The position numbers were made by a program, and so were the translations under genes. DNA of 64,000 nt from a virus. This document shows, piece after piece, positions 28,012-37,173 of this stretch. The stretch lies in IMG/VR virus record IMGVR_UViG_3300005563_000029, positions 1 through 64,000 of that record. One strand, written 5' to 3'. Each line of letters starts with the position of its first letter. The first letter of the stretch is position 1. The notes under the pieces are model-generated. The model was not told the DNA's origin. It did no database searches and saw only the letters and a list, made by a program, of their open reading frames with translations.

Positions 28012-31000
28012 CTATTTCCCCAGGTCAGGAACTACTGCGCACCGGCAGTGAACGTGTTGCGGGGCCTGAGATGCGCCGCTGGGGTACGCCTGCCCGAGCG
28101 GAACAGGTCCGGCGGCAGCGTTTGCCAGGCACAGCGCGCACACTTTGCTGCTGGCGTCGAGGACCCAACGTCCGTAGGCGACGCCGCGTTTGGCGTAGGT
28201 GAACATCGCCGCGGTAGACGACCCGCGGGTGATTTCGGTGACGGCGGCAGCCATGGCCAGGGACGTGTTTGCGAGCGCTGCCCGCAGGGCTTGGCCGGCG
28301 GCGGTGCTGCCGTCGCCGCGTATCGCCGCGTCGGCGAGGGCTTTGGCCATGCGGTCTAGGCGGGTAGCGGCCATGTGTTGGACGGTGGCGTTGACGGTGC
28401 CGAGTAGGGCGCCAAGGGTTGCCGCCTGGCCGAGTTTCTCGATCACCGCGTTGGCGGTGCTGGTGTCGCCGGGGTTCCAGCCGCCGAGGCCGGGGCTGTG
28501 GTTGTCGAGGACGGCGATGGCGGATGCCATGCCGACCAGGTAGCCGTCGGTGAGGGTGCCGCCGACGGCGTCGCTGAGGCGGCTTTCCAGGTCGAGGTTT
28601 TGCGCGGCCAGGTGTACCGCGGCGGCGGCGATGAGAACCGCGCGGTCGGCGTCTGCGCTGCTGGCTTCGGGGTGGGCTGCGAGGAATCCGGCTGCGACGG
28701 CGGTGGCTCGGGTGGACGGCAGGATTGCTAGGGCTGCCGCGGCGATGATTGCCGCCCAGTGGTCGGCGGCGCGGCGGTCGTGTTCCCAGCCGGGCCATTG
28801 CGGCGCCCCCTCGTCGGGGGCGTCATCTTTTGGGCTGGCCGCCTTGGTGATGTTGGCGTCGAGTGCAGCCTGTACCTGGTTGAGGTCGGCGGCGAGTTCG
28901 GGCCTTACCGCAGAATTGTCTGCGAGATGGTCCGGGTCAAACCAGGCCACGACCTCTACCTGGTCGCCGTCGGGGTCGTCGGGGTTGGAAGCCCAGTCGC
29001 GGTCGAAGATGTCGATGAGGTTCTCGGACTCGACCGTGTAGACGAAGCCGCGGTAGATGTTGTTGCTACTGGCCCATTCGCCGGTGAAGCTGCCGTCGGG
29101 CAGGTCCAGGCCGGTTTCCTCGCACCACTCGCGGACTGCGGCTTCGAGTGGGGACTCGGAGCCTTCGATGTGACCGCCGGGGAACTCGAGGAATCCGCCG
29201 GCTGGGTCGTCATCGGTGAGGGCCCGCTGCAGCATCAGAACTCGGTCGGTGTCTGCGGCCCGGACTGCGAGTCCTGCGACGGCGATCTGCCCGGCGGCTT
29301 TGCGCCAGGCGAGGCGGCCATCATCGTTGAGGCGGTGTGCGGTGACGGGGTCTACGACGTCTGCGAACTGGAAGTCGCGCCATTTCCGGCCGGGGCGCCT
29401 GGTCTGCTTGGCGTGGCGCCGGAACGCCGCATACTCGGCGTCAGCAGCCTTTGTAACGACTGAAGCGGCGATCTCGTCGTCGTCTTCGCCTTCCGGAATA
29501 GCGGCGGGGCTACTGCCGGGCCCGTCGTAGCTGTAGATGCCGGTTGCGGCGGTGATCCCGGCGGTAACGCCTTCCTTGCCGACCTGCTCCGCCTCGGGCG
29601 GCTTCGGCGGGGCGGGAGGCAATGCGGCCGTGCCGTACAGTTGCTCGGCGAGCGGCGCGGCTTCGATCGGCGGCACCGGTACGACGCCCTGGACGGGACG
29701 GAACACCTGCCGGGAATGCACCGCGTTCTGCATTGGTGCAGCAGTACCCGGGTCGATCTGGCCGGCGACATTGTCGAGGGCGGACAGCGGGATGGGGCCA
29801 CCGCGGGTGGTGAAGACGTACCGCGGCACGGCGTAGGTGCCTGCTTCGGTGAGTCCGTATCGGAGCTGCCGGATCTCGGAGGCGCCGATAGCTCCCATCT
29901 CCACGTAGATCTTGTCGGCCTGCGCGGTCTGAAGCCGGTCGTCCTGCTCCTCGCCGAGGTCGAATTGGTGCTTGATCGGCAGGTGCAGGTCGTTGCGTAG
30001 GAACCCGGTGATGATGCCGCTGATGTGCTTGGCGAGCGGCACGTCGCCGATGCGGTGCTGAACGTCGGACTGGGTCTCACCTGAAGACTTGTTGATCTCC
30101 TGGGTGAAGCCCATGTCCGACGGCACCACGTGGTACGCCGCGAGCGTCTTACGCATCAGGTGCAGGCTGAACGCGTCACTGAACTCGCGCTGCCCGGTGA
30201 ATTCGATGTGGGAGCCGCCGGGGATCCACTTGATCTGGGACTTGGCGGCCTGGTCGCCGAGGATGAACGCGTCCCAGTAGGTCTGGAACTGCTCGATCTG
30301 CTGCGGGGACCAGGTTTCCGGCGCGGAGGCGAACGCGGCCGGGATGTTGCCTTCGGTGAAGTACTGGAGGAAGAACGCCTGAAACCGCAGGTCGGTGTTG
30401 GCGTTGAGGATGATCGTCTCAAGGGGCGCCTGGCCATATGGCGACCGGGAGACCTTGCGGACCGGCTTGTAGATCAGGTCGCGGGTGGTGAGCCAGTTCC
30501 ACGGCAGGCCGTTGGCGTATTGGACGTAGGCCTCGGCGGGGAACGTCGGGACGTTGCCCCAGTAGTCCTGCAGCGGCGCGATCATGGTGCCGTCGATGAC
30601 GCGGAGCCCGACGGTCTGGCCGGTCCGGTTCCGGATCCGCCACAGCGCGCCGGCGTCGTAGGCGAGGATGTCGTACAGGTACGCGGACAACCAGGAGGAG
30701 AAGTCGTTCTCCCGGTCCGGGGATTCCAGGATTTTCGTGCCGATCGCGACGGCGTCGGCGACGTCGCCTTCGTAGCCGTCGGCTGCGACGAGGGACCATT
30801 CCAGGGACCGGATCGATTCGATGCGGTGCCAGATCGCCATTTGCGCGACGTCGTAGGCGTCGATGAGGCTGCGCAGCGTGTCGAATGGGATCCGTTCGTG
30901 TGCCCGCGGCCGGGCGTTGATGTTGTAGCCGGTGACGAAGTCGCGGGTGCGGGGGTTGCGGCTGTACCCGTCGTAGGGGCCGATGGGTTCGCCGGGCGAG

Positions 31001-31110
31001 AACGGGTTGGCCGGGGTCATGCCGGCGGCTTGCTCGCCGATCTGGAATGCCGCCGGCTCGGTGGGGCCGAACACCTTCCGCAGGTGCTGGAGCCGTTCGC
31101 GCATTCCCAT
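28012..31110 (-). CDS. Portal protein fused to NUDIX hydrolase and MuF-like minor head domain
   Basis: Portal motifs (YGQAPLE, YFTEGNIP); Nudix box GGHIEGSESPLEAAVREWCEETGL; MuF C-terminus VCALC..PQHVHCRC; alternative start at 31137. Confidence 0.9.
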   Translation of the reverse strand: MGMRERLQHLRKVFGPTEPAAFQIGEQAAGMTPANPFSPGEPIGPYDGYSRNPRTRDFVTGYNINARPRAHERIPFDTLRSLIDAYDVAQMAIWHRIESIRSLEWSLVAADGYEGDVADAVAIGTKILESPDRENDFSSWLSAYLYDILAYDAGALWRIRNRTGQTVGLRVIDGTMIAPLQDYWGNVPTFPAEAYVQYANGLPWNWLTTRDLIYKPVRKVSRSPYGQAPLETIILNANTDLRFQAFFLQYFTEGNIPAAFASAPETWSPQQIEQFQTYWDAFILGDQAAKSQIKWIPGGSHIEFTGQREFSDAFSLHLMRKTLAAYHVVPSDMGFTQEINKSSGETQSDVQHRIGDVPLAKHISGIITGFLRNDLHLPIKHQFDLGEEQDDRLQTAQADKIYVEMGAIGASEIRQLRYGLTEAGTYAVPRYVFTTRGGPIPLSALDNVAGQIDPGTAAPMQNAVHSRQVFRPVQGVVPVPPIEAAPLAEQLYGTAALPPAPPKPPEAEQVGKEGVTAGITAATGIYSYDGPGSSPAAIPEGEDDDEIAASVVTKAADAEYAAFRRHAKQTRRPGRKWRDFQFADVVDPVTAHRLNDDGRLAWRKAAGQIAVAGLAVRAADTDRVLMLQRALTDDDPAGGFLEFPGGHIEGSESPLEAAVREWCEETGLDLPDGSFTGEWASSNNIYRGFVYTVESENLIDIFDRDWASNPDDPDGDQVEVVAWFDPDHLADNSAVRPELAADLNQVQAALDANITKAASPKDDAPDEGAPQWPGWEHDRRAADHWAAIIAAAALAILPSTRATAVAAGFLAAHPEASSADADRAVLIAAAAVHLAAQNLDLESRLSDAVGGTLTDGYLVGMASAIAVLDNHSPGLGGWNPGDTSTANAVIEKLGQAATLGALLGTVNATVQHMAATRLDRMAKALADAAIRGDGSTAAGQALRAALANTSLAMAAAVTEITRGSSTAAMFTYAKRGVAYGRWVLDASSKVCALCLANAAAGPVPLGQAYPSGASQAPQHVHCRCAVVPDLGK

Positions 31111-31133
31111 CGAGGCCGCCCCGCCTCCCTGCG

Positions 31134-33590
31134 TCACATGCCGTTGTGGGCGCGGTATGCGGCGTTGCGTGCGGCCTGGCGGGCCGCGACCGGGTCAATC
31201 GGCGCCGCTTCGGGTGTGACGGCTTCGATATTTGCCGGCGCCGGCGCTGCGCGGTCGGACATGCTCGGCACCGCGGCTGCCGTCACGCCCTCTTCGGCTT
31301 TGCGCTTCACGTAGTCGATCCACGCCTGGGCGCCGGTGCCGTCCAGGAGCATCTGCGCCAGGGCCTGGCTGGTGGAGTCGACCTGGTCGTCGTGGGCCGC
31401 GTTCGGGAACCCTGCGGCCTCGTCGATGAGCGAGTCGGGGTCCACGTCAGGAAGCGCAACCTGCGGGGCCGGCATCCATACGTTTCCCGCCTCGATGAAC
31501 GGTGCGACCGCGTTGGCGCGGGCGTACTTGGATTCGGTGGGCGTGATCGCGACAATGCCGGGGATTTTCGACTTCAGGGTGTCGATGACGGCGGTGCCGT
31601 TGGCCTTGTCCTCGACGTACTTCGCGTTCGCCTGCGGCCAGCGGGCGGTAAGCGCCGCAAACGCGGTAAGCGTCTCGGTGAACGTCAGCCTCTTGTGGAT
31701 CTTATCGAGGAGGTAGACGTTGGCACCGCGGCGAGCCCACACGGTGCCGACCACGAAGTCGGATCCTTTGGTGTCCTTGAACGAGCAGTCCCAGGACTGG
31801 ATGACCTCGTCTGCTTCGACCCGGTAGGAGCCCTCGTCGTCGAGGGTCCACAGCATCTGTTCGTAGAAGCGCCACCACGGGCGGCGCCACACGTTGCCGG
31901 ACGACGGCGACGGTTTGCCCTGGTACAGGGCGTTGAAGACACGGGATCCGGCCTGGATCCGGATCGCTTCCCATTCGGCTTCGGTGCGTCCGCGGGCCGA
32001 TGTGAGCCACTGGCCCGGTTCGCGCCCGAGCGGGTCGGATTCGCCCTTGGCGGGGTCGTGGTCGGCGAGGGCCGGGATGTTGATGACGCGCCAGCGGTGC
32101 CCGTCTTCGGCGGCGATGAGACGACCGGCGAGGTCGTCTTCGTGCCAGCGAGTGTTATGGCTCACCAGGCCGTTGGCGATGAAGTTTTCCGTGCGATCGA
32201 CTTGGAGGTCGTACACGTCTTCGCGACCGCACGAATCCACCGCCACAACTTCGTCAGGCGTGACGCTCCAAGTAGTCAGCGGCAGCCCGGAGGATTGCGG
32301 GTGACTTCCCGTAGCCGACGGCAAGGTTGCAGTCGTTGCAGAGTAGTCCGCGCACCTTCCCGGTCTCGTGGTCGTGGTCGACGCACAGCTTCCCGTTCCA
32401 GTGGGCTCGGGTGTTGCTGTCAGATGGCGGCTGCCTGCAGATGGCGCAGTTCCCACCCTGATTGTCGATGAGGAAATCAACCTCATCATCGGTAAGTCGG
32501 TAGCGATGCTTGAGATGAGCCCTGCGACGCGCTGCGGCATTGACTGAGGGTGGGCGGTAGCCGGATGCCCACCGGGCTTTGTTGTAGTGGGAGTTGCACA
32601 TCCCCTTGCATCGTGCGGGCAAGTCGCATTCGTCATTGGAGCAAACGACCCCGCGCCACTTCCCCCAGTAGCCGTCAGGATACGTACTCCCGGACGGATT
32701 TGATCCGTTCGCAGCCATGACTCGTTCCCGTTCGCATCGATGGTTAGGAACGGATGCCGGGCGTTGGCTCGAACAACTCGTCCTGATTTCATTCTAATGC
32801 AAAAGAGATCATCGGGCCCTTGATTGGCCCAATTCACCACGGTTGACGTGGCGAGCCTGCCACCTTCGTAGGTGGCCACCTCGTCGCCAGGGCGAACGTC
32901 GCGCAACGGCTTCTCGGTACCGTCCGCCAGGAGCACTGGGGTATCCCCGGCCATACACAAAATCACGGTGACGGGGGCACCGGGGGCGAGTCGGGCCTGC
33001 CCGACGGACTGCCACCAGTCCCATACGCGATCCCGGTAGTAGGCGGAGTCGGCCTGGTCCTTGCTGGCGAACGGGTCGTCGATGACCAGCGCTTCTAGTG
33101 GCCGCCCGGTTAGCCCGCCGCCGATACCGACGCAGATAACCCCGCCGCGGTGTCCGTCGAGTTGCCAGCGCTTCGCGGACCCGTAGTCGCGTGCGATTCG
33201 CAGGCCGAGGTCAAGTGTGTCCTCGTCGCCGTTGTTGTTGGTGATCCAGTTACGGACTTCACGGCCGAAGGACTCGGCCAAAGGTTGCGAGTAGGAGACG
33301 ATCCCGATTCGCAGCTCGCGGTGCCGGGCCAGTGCCCAAAGGGTGCCGACCTTGGTAACCCGGCTGCTTTTGCCCTCCTGCGGGGGCATGGAGACGAGCA
33401 GCCGCGCGTTGGGGGTGGAGTACGCCCAATCAATGGCCTCGTCAATGATGTCGAGGGCCGGGGTTTGAACGGTGGAGTGGTCAACCAACGCGGCTAGTTC
33501 GCCAACCGTCTGCCACTCGGGTTCAGGTTCCGCCTTGGGCTCAAAGGCGCGTGCGGCGTACTCCCAGGGGCTTACGGTGGTGGCCGTCAT
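31134..33590 (-). CDS. terL: Terminase large subunit containing an intein
   Basis: Walker A MPPQEGKS, VIDDP, split VIL/TRWHEDD motif, nuclease SWDCSFKD and HDDQVD. Confidence 0.95.
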   Translation of the reverse strand: MTATTVSPWEYAARAFEPKAEPEPEWQTVGELAALVDHSTVQTPALDIIDEAIDWAYSTPNARLLVSMPPQEGKSSRVTKVGTLWALARHRELRIGIVSYSQPLAESFGREVRNWITNNNGDEDTLDLGLRIARDYGSAKRWQLDGHRGGVICVGIGGGLTGRPLEALVIDDPFASKDQADSAYYRDRVWDWWQSVGQARLAPGAPVTVILCMAGDTPVLLADGTEKPLRDVRPGDEVATYEGGRLATSTVVNWANQGPDDLFCIRMKSGRVVRANARHPFLTIDANGNESWLRTDQIRPGVRILTATGGSGAGSFAPMTNATCPHDARGCATPTTTKPGGHPATAHPQSMPQRVAGLISSIATDLPMMRLISSSTIRVGTAPSAGSRHLTATPEPTGTGSCASTTTTRPGRCADYSATTATLPSATGSHPQSSGLPLTTWSVTPDEVVAVDSCGREDVYDLQVDRTENFIANGLVSHNTRWHEDDLAGRLIAAEDGHRWRVINIPALADHDPAKGESDPLGREPGQWLTSARGRTEAEWEAIRIQAGSRVFNALYQGKPSPSSGNVWRRPWWRFYEQMLWTLDDEGSYRVEADEVIQSWDCSFKDTKGSDFVVGTVWARRGANVYLLDKIHKRLTFTETLTAFAALTARWPQANAKYVEDKANGTAVIDTLKSKIPGIVAITPTESKYARANAVAPFIEAGNVWMPAPQVALPDVDPDSLIDEAAGFPNAAHDDQVDSTSQALAQMLLDGTGAQAWIDYVKRKAEEGVTAAAVPSMSDRAAPAPANIEAVTPEAAPIDPVAARQAARNAAYRAHNGM
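32154..32957 (-). mobile_element. Intein (268 aa) in TerL
   Basis: Begins CMAGDTPVLLADG, block B ANARHPF, ends VYDLQVDRTENFIANGLVSHN followed by Thr; lower GC than the extein. Confidence 0.95.
32254..32718 (-). CDS. Endonuclease VII-family homing nuclease nested out of frame in the intein
   Basis: LKHRYRLT..QGGNCAIC..LCVDHDHETGKVRGLLCNDCN..LRAAADYL; N-terminal C-C-C-H zinc motif. Confidence 0.92.
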   Translation of the reverse strand: MAANGSNPSGSTYPDGYWGKWRGVVCSNDECDLPARCKGMCNSHYNKARWASGYRPPSVNAAARRRAHLKHRYRLTDDEVDFLIDNQGGNCAICRQPPSDSNTRAHWNGKLCVDHDHETGKVRGLLCNDCNLAVGYGKSPAILRAAADYLERHA

Positions 33591-33607
33591 GGCTCACCTC
33601 GGTCCGG

Positions 33608-34258
33608 TCAGGCTGCCTCGTTCTGCTGCTTGGCGGTGATCTGCCGTAGCCGTAGCGGTACGACCTTCAGTGCTGCCCTCTGTTGTTCGGGGGTCAGGTC
33701 CAGGTCGCCGAGGATCGCTTTGATGGCCTCTGCAAGAAGCTGACCTTGCTGTTCGGCGAGCTTGACGTACCGTTCCTCGATGCCGCAGCGGATCGCTACG
33801 TCGCACACCCGCACGAGGCGGTCGCGTTCCTGCTGGTACAACTTCAGCCACATGTGGGCTTCGGCTTCTTGGGTGGTGCCGCCGTCCTGGCCGCCTTCTT
33901 TGATGCGGGTGGTGCCCCAGATCAGCTCGTGTTCTTCAAGTTCGGAGACTTTCTGGGACAGGTATTCGACGTGGCCGGCGGTACGGCAGACCTCGTTAAG
34001 GAGCGCTTCGGTGGCGGTGGTCTCGATGGGCCGGCCGTAGGCTTCCATGCAGCGCCGCGCCTCCCTCTCCGCGATGCGAAGCTTGGCGGCGCGGACAGCT
34101 TGGGGTGCTCGGCCGCCATGGCTGGCGCAGACCTTCTGCTCGTCCTTGGGTGCCTTCTTGCACGGCGAGCCGTCTCTCTTGTGGCCTGAGCATGCCAAGT
34201 TGCCGTGGTATGTGAGGTGCTGCTGGCCGCACTTGGCACATTCCGGCTGCATGTTCAC
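33608..34258 (-). CDS. Terminase small subunit-like protein
   Basis: CSGHKRDGSPC..CASHGG motif; directly upstream of terL. Confidence 0.7.
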   Translation of the reverse strand: MNMQPECAKCGQQHLTYHGNLACSGHKRDGSPCKKAPKDEQKVCASHGGRAPQAVRAAKLRIAEREARRCMEAYGRPIETTATEALLNEVCRTAGHVEYLSQKVSELEEHELIWGTTRIKEGGQDGGTTQEAEAHMWLKLYQQERDRLVRVCDVAIRCGIEERYVKLAEQQGQLLAEAIKAILGDLDLTPEQQRAALKVVPLRLRQITAKQQNEAA

Positions 34259-34262
34259 CTCA

Positions 34263-34589
34263 CTACGGGCTGATGGTGAGCGTTCCTACCGGCTCGGTCG
34301 GGACCTCGGGGTTGTCGAGGATCTGTATCCACACCGTGTACTCACCTTCGGTGAGGCTGACGCCGCCGTTGGTGGGTCCGACGAGGCATTGCGCGAAGTA
34401 GGCGCCGTTTCCTGCGACCGCCCACGATCCGCTGTGCCAGTCGCTGGTGCCGGGCACGTTGTCCGGTGGCTTGGGCATGAACGCCATCTTCACCGTGTCT
34501 GCGGTGGGGTTGTAGGCGCTGCCATCGGGCAGGGTGGCCAGTACCCGAACTTGGCAGTAGCGGGTGGACAGCACGGACTGGGTGGCCAC
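34263..34589 (-). CDS. Hypothetical Ig-like phage protein
   Basis: GGAGG RBS; GEYTVWIQILDNPEVP. Confidence 0.7.
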   Translation of the reverse strand: MATQSVLSTRYCQVRVLATLPDGSAYNPTADTVKMAFMPKPPDNVPGTSDWHSGSWAVAGNGAYFAQCLVGPTNGGVSLTEGEYTVWIQILDNPEVPTEPVGTLTISP

Positions 34590-34604
34590 CGGCGTCCTCC
34601 CGTC

Positions 34605-34853
34605 TCAGGTGACGACGGGGGTGCCGAACTGCCAGGCGCTGCCGGGGGTACCGAGGCGCCACAGGGTTTCGTGGGGGCCGAAGCTTCCGAGTGGTGCGGC
34701 TGCCCAGCGTGCCCGGTGAATGTACGGGTAGGTGGCGCGGCGGGCAGGCGCCGTATGCGCCGGGATCCAAACGGGAACCGGGACCGGCGGCGGAGGAACC
34801 GTGATGAAGCGTCCGCGGCGTGTCTGCTGCGGGATGCGCCACCGCCGCGACAT
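34605..34853 (-). CDS. Hypothetical protein
   Basis: GAGGAG RBS; fills the operon gap. Confidence 0.5.
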   Translation of the reverse strand: MSRRWRIPQQTRRGRFITVPPPPVPVPVWIPAHTAPARRATYPYIHRARWAAAPLGSFGPHETLWRLGTPGSAWQFGTPVVT

Positions 34854-34856
34854 CGG

Positions 34857-35357
34857 CTACTCCTCGTGCTCGACAGCCATCGTAATCAGATGGCCGGTGG
34901 GCAACGCGTTGCCGACGTTGATAAAGCCCATGCCGTTGCCGGCGCCAAGTCCGACGATCCACTCTTCCATCAGCTCGGCGGGCAGGTCGACGCCGGACTG
35001 CGTGTTGAAGGACACCTCGTAGAAGTACGGCCCAGTCCAGGTGGCGGTGGGCACGGCACTCCATGCCACGTCCAGGCCAGCGATGTTCGACGTCTGCACC
35101 GAGTTGGGGTCGAGCGCGGCAGGGGCATGCGTGGCCGAGGCGGTTCCTCGGTTTGTGGTTCGCACCAGCGCGACGGTGATCTGCTGGCTAGTGGGAACGG
35201 ACGCGCCGGCCCGCACGCCAAGGGTAATGCGCCGCATCTTGTAGCCGGAGTTGGCAGATGCGGCAAGGTTCGCGAACAGGGAGTTGGCGGTGGCGCCGGT
35301 CGGGGCCGTCGCCGGGAGTGCGGTGGCGGATTCGACGGTGGACATGAAGCGGGCCAT
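34857..35357 (-). CDS. Hypothetical virion-like protein
   Basis: A/T/G-rich beta composition; operon context. Confidence 0.7.
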   Translation of the reverse strand: MARFMSTVESATALPATAPTGATANSLFANLAASANSGYKMRRITLGVRAGASVPTSQQITVALVRTTNRGTASATHAPAALDPNSVQTSNIAGLDVAWSAVPTATWTGPYFYEVSFNTQSGVDLPAELMEEWIVGLGAGNGMGFINVGNALPTGHLITMAVEHEE

Positions 35358-35373
35358 CGACGCCGCCTTCCTG

Positions 35374-36060
35374 CTAAAAGAAGCCCTGATTGGGGGTGGT
35401 GATCTGGGGCGTCCAGCCGCCGCCCGCTGCCGCCTTGAAGGTGAGCAGCAGTTCTTGGGCGTCGAGCCACGTGACGGTGGACCAGGACACGGCGGTGGAT
35501 GCCGGGCCTGCGGCGCCGAGGTCGAGGTTGTCGCCGATGTAGGACCAGCAGGCGTAGGTGCCGGGGACGGCGCCTTGGGATTGCACGTTGCTCCAGCCGT
35601 TGGTCCAGGCCGGTGCTGTCGGGGCGATGGTGTTGGGGGTGGAGGAGTGCAGCAGTCCGCAGGCGATGCCGAGGTCGTGGGCTTCAGCGGTGGTGACGGT
35701 GACTGCGGTGGTGGAGGACACGCCGGCGCCTGAGTGGGTGGAGGTGGAGGCTACGTCCAAGGGCGTGGCCGTGTTACCGCTGTATTCGAGCAGCCCGGCG
35801 GTGATGTAGTCGCTGACCGACGGGGTGAACGTCACCGAGCTTGGCTCGGATGCGCCCGCGATCTTCCACCAGGTGTAGGCGCCGTTTCCGTCGATGACGG
35901 ACGGGCCAGCGGTCCAGCCGGTGCCGCCGTTGGTGACAGTGGCGTCGGAGTTGGCCCAGGCGATGAGGAGGTTGCCGGTGGTGGGTGCGGCACCGAGGGC
36001 GATGGTGAGGCTGGTGGAGTTCACGCCGTCGGCCGCGTTCTGGACCCGCGCGAACCCCAT
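35374..36060 (-). CDS. Hypothetical virion-like beta-rich protein
   Basis: GNLLIA..WWKIAGASEP..LLEYSG motifs resembling phage minor structural proteins. Confidence 0.7.
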   Translation of the reverse strand: MGFARVQNAADGVNSTSLTIALGAAPTTGNLLIAWANSDATVTNGGTGWTAGPSVIDGNGAYTWWKIAGASEPSSVTFTPSVSDYITAGLLEYSGNTATPLDVASTSTHSGAGVSSTTAVTVTTAEAHDLGIACGLLHSSTPNTIAPTAPAWTNGWSNVQSQGAVPGTYACWSYIGDNLDLGAAGPASTAVSWSTVTWLDAQELLLTFKAAAGGGWTPQITTPNQGFF

Positions 36061-36063
36061 GGT

Positions 36064-36357
36064 CTAGTCCGCGGTGAGGGCCAGGCCTTGGACCTGGGAC
36101 CAGTTGGTGATGCCGTCGGCGGCGAGTGTGGCTGCGGTGACGGTGTCGCCGCCGGGGATGTCGAGTTCGACGGTGCCGCCTGCGGTGAGGGTGATGGTGA
36201 GGTGGCCGGTGGCGGTGCTGCCGGAGGTGGTAATGGCGTCGGTATTGAACGCGCCGGTACCGGGGTCGTAGTGGATGACCGCCGTGTACGTTTTGCCGGT
36301 CGAGTCGGGGCAGGTGAGGGTGATCGTTCCGGGTGGGGCGGCGCTGCTGGCGCTCAA
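36064..36357 (-). CDS. Hypothetical protein
   Basis: AGGAG RBS; TTGA overlap with the upstream gene. Confidence 0.65.
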   Translation of the reverse strand: MSASSAAPPGTITLTCPDSTGKTYTAVIHYDPGTGAFNTDAITTSGSTATGHLTITLTAGGTVELDIPGGDTVTAATLAADGITNWSQVQGLALTAD

Positions 36358-36620
36358 GTGGTTCTCCTGTTGGCGGGGTTCCGGCGGGGCCGGCCGTTGC
36401 GGCGTAGACCGAGACGGCGGCGGTCGTCTTCGCTTACCGCGTTGGCCGCGGACCTGTAGGTGCCCGATTCGGGGTCGACAAGCCCGAGGACGTCGGCACG
36501 GTCGGCGCCGGTAGAGCGGCGCCCGGCTGGGGTGTCGGCATGTGCGGCAACCTGGATGGTGACCGGGGCAAGGAGGTCAACGTCGGGTTTCTGTTCGGAG
36601 GCGGCCCCGGTGAGAGTCAT
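36354..36620 (-). CDS. Hypothetical protein
   Basis: ATGA coupling. Confidence 0.5.
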   Translation of the reverse strand: MTLTGAASEQKPDVDLLAPVTIQVAAHADTPAGRRSTGADRADVLGLVDPESGTYRSAANAVSEDDRRRLGLRRNGRPRRNPANRRTT

Positions 36621-37162
36621 GCCGGGTACGTCCAGGGCTGCATGACGGGCCTGCGTGCGAGGTTGGCCGGGGTGACCTCTGTGGTTGTCGCCGCGCCGCC
36701 GCGCCAGTCGAGACCTGCGGCCTGACCTGCCAGTGAGACCAGTTGTGAACACACCACTTCGCCGTCGCCGGACGCCCGCTTCAGCAGCCAGCGCCAATGC
36801 CACCCGAGCGATTCGAGTCCGTCTTCGACAATCTGCAGGTCTCCGTAGGCCTTGCCGATCATCGCTTTGGCGGTCGCCACGACAACGGTCCGCTGCGCGA
36901 CGGTCATGTCCTCTGCGGAGTTGATCGCGATGCGGCAGCCGTAGTACTCAGACAGGTGTCCGAGCCGGACACCGCCGGGTTCGGCCTCGATAATGGCGCC
37001 GTCCTCAAGGGCGATCCCCGCGTGATCAAAAGGGCTATGTGTCGCGCGTCGTATGACCCACGGAACGAACCCGTGGGTCTTCACCACGAAGTACCGCCCG
37101 GCCGCTGGCCACGGTGAGGCTGAAGCCTCGTCGCGCTTGAAGGTGGTCTCGGACGGCGACAT
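36617..37162 (-). CDS. Permuted papain-like NlpC/P60 (YiiX/YaeF) enzyme
   Basis: HSPFDHAGI..IIEAEPGGV..GKAY..VVCSQLV, with His before Cys. Confidence 0.85.
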   Translation of the reverse strand: MSPSETTFKRDEASASPWPAAGRYFVVKTHGFVPWVIRRATHSPFDHAGIALEDGAIIEAEPGGVRLGHLSEYYGCRIAINSAEDMTVAQRTVVVATAKAMIGKAYGDLQIVEDGLESLGWHWRWLLKRASGDGEVVCSQLVSLAGQAAGLDWRGGAATTTEVTPANLARRPVMQPWTYPA

Positions 37163-37173
37163 CGGCGCTCCCC

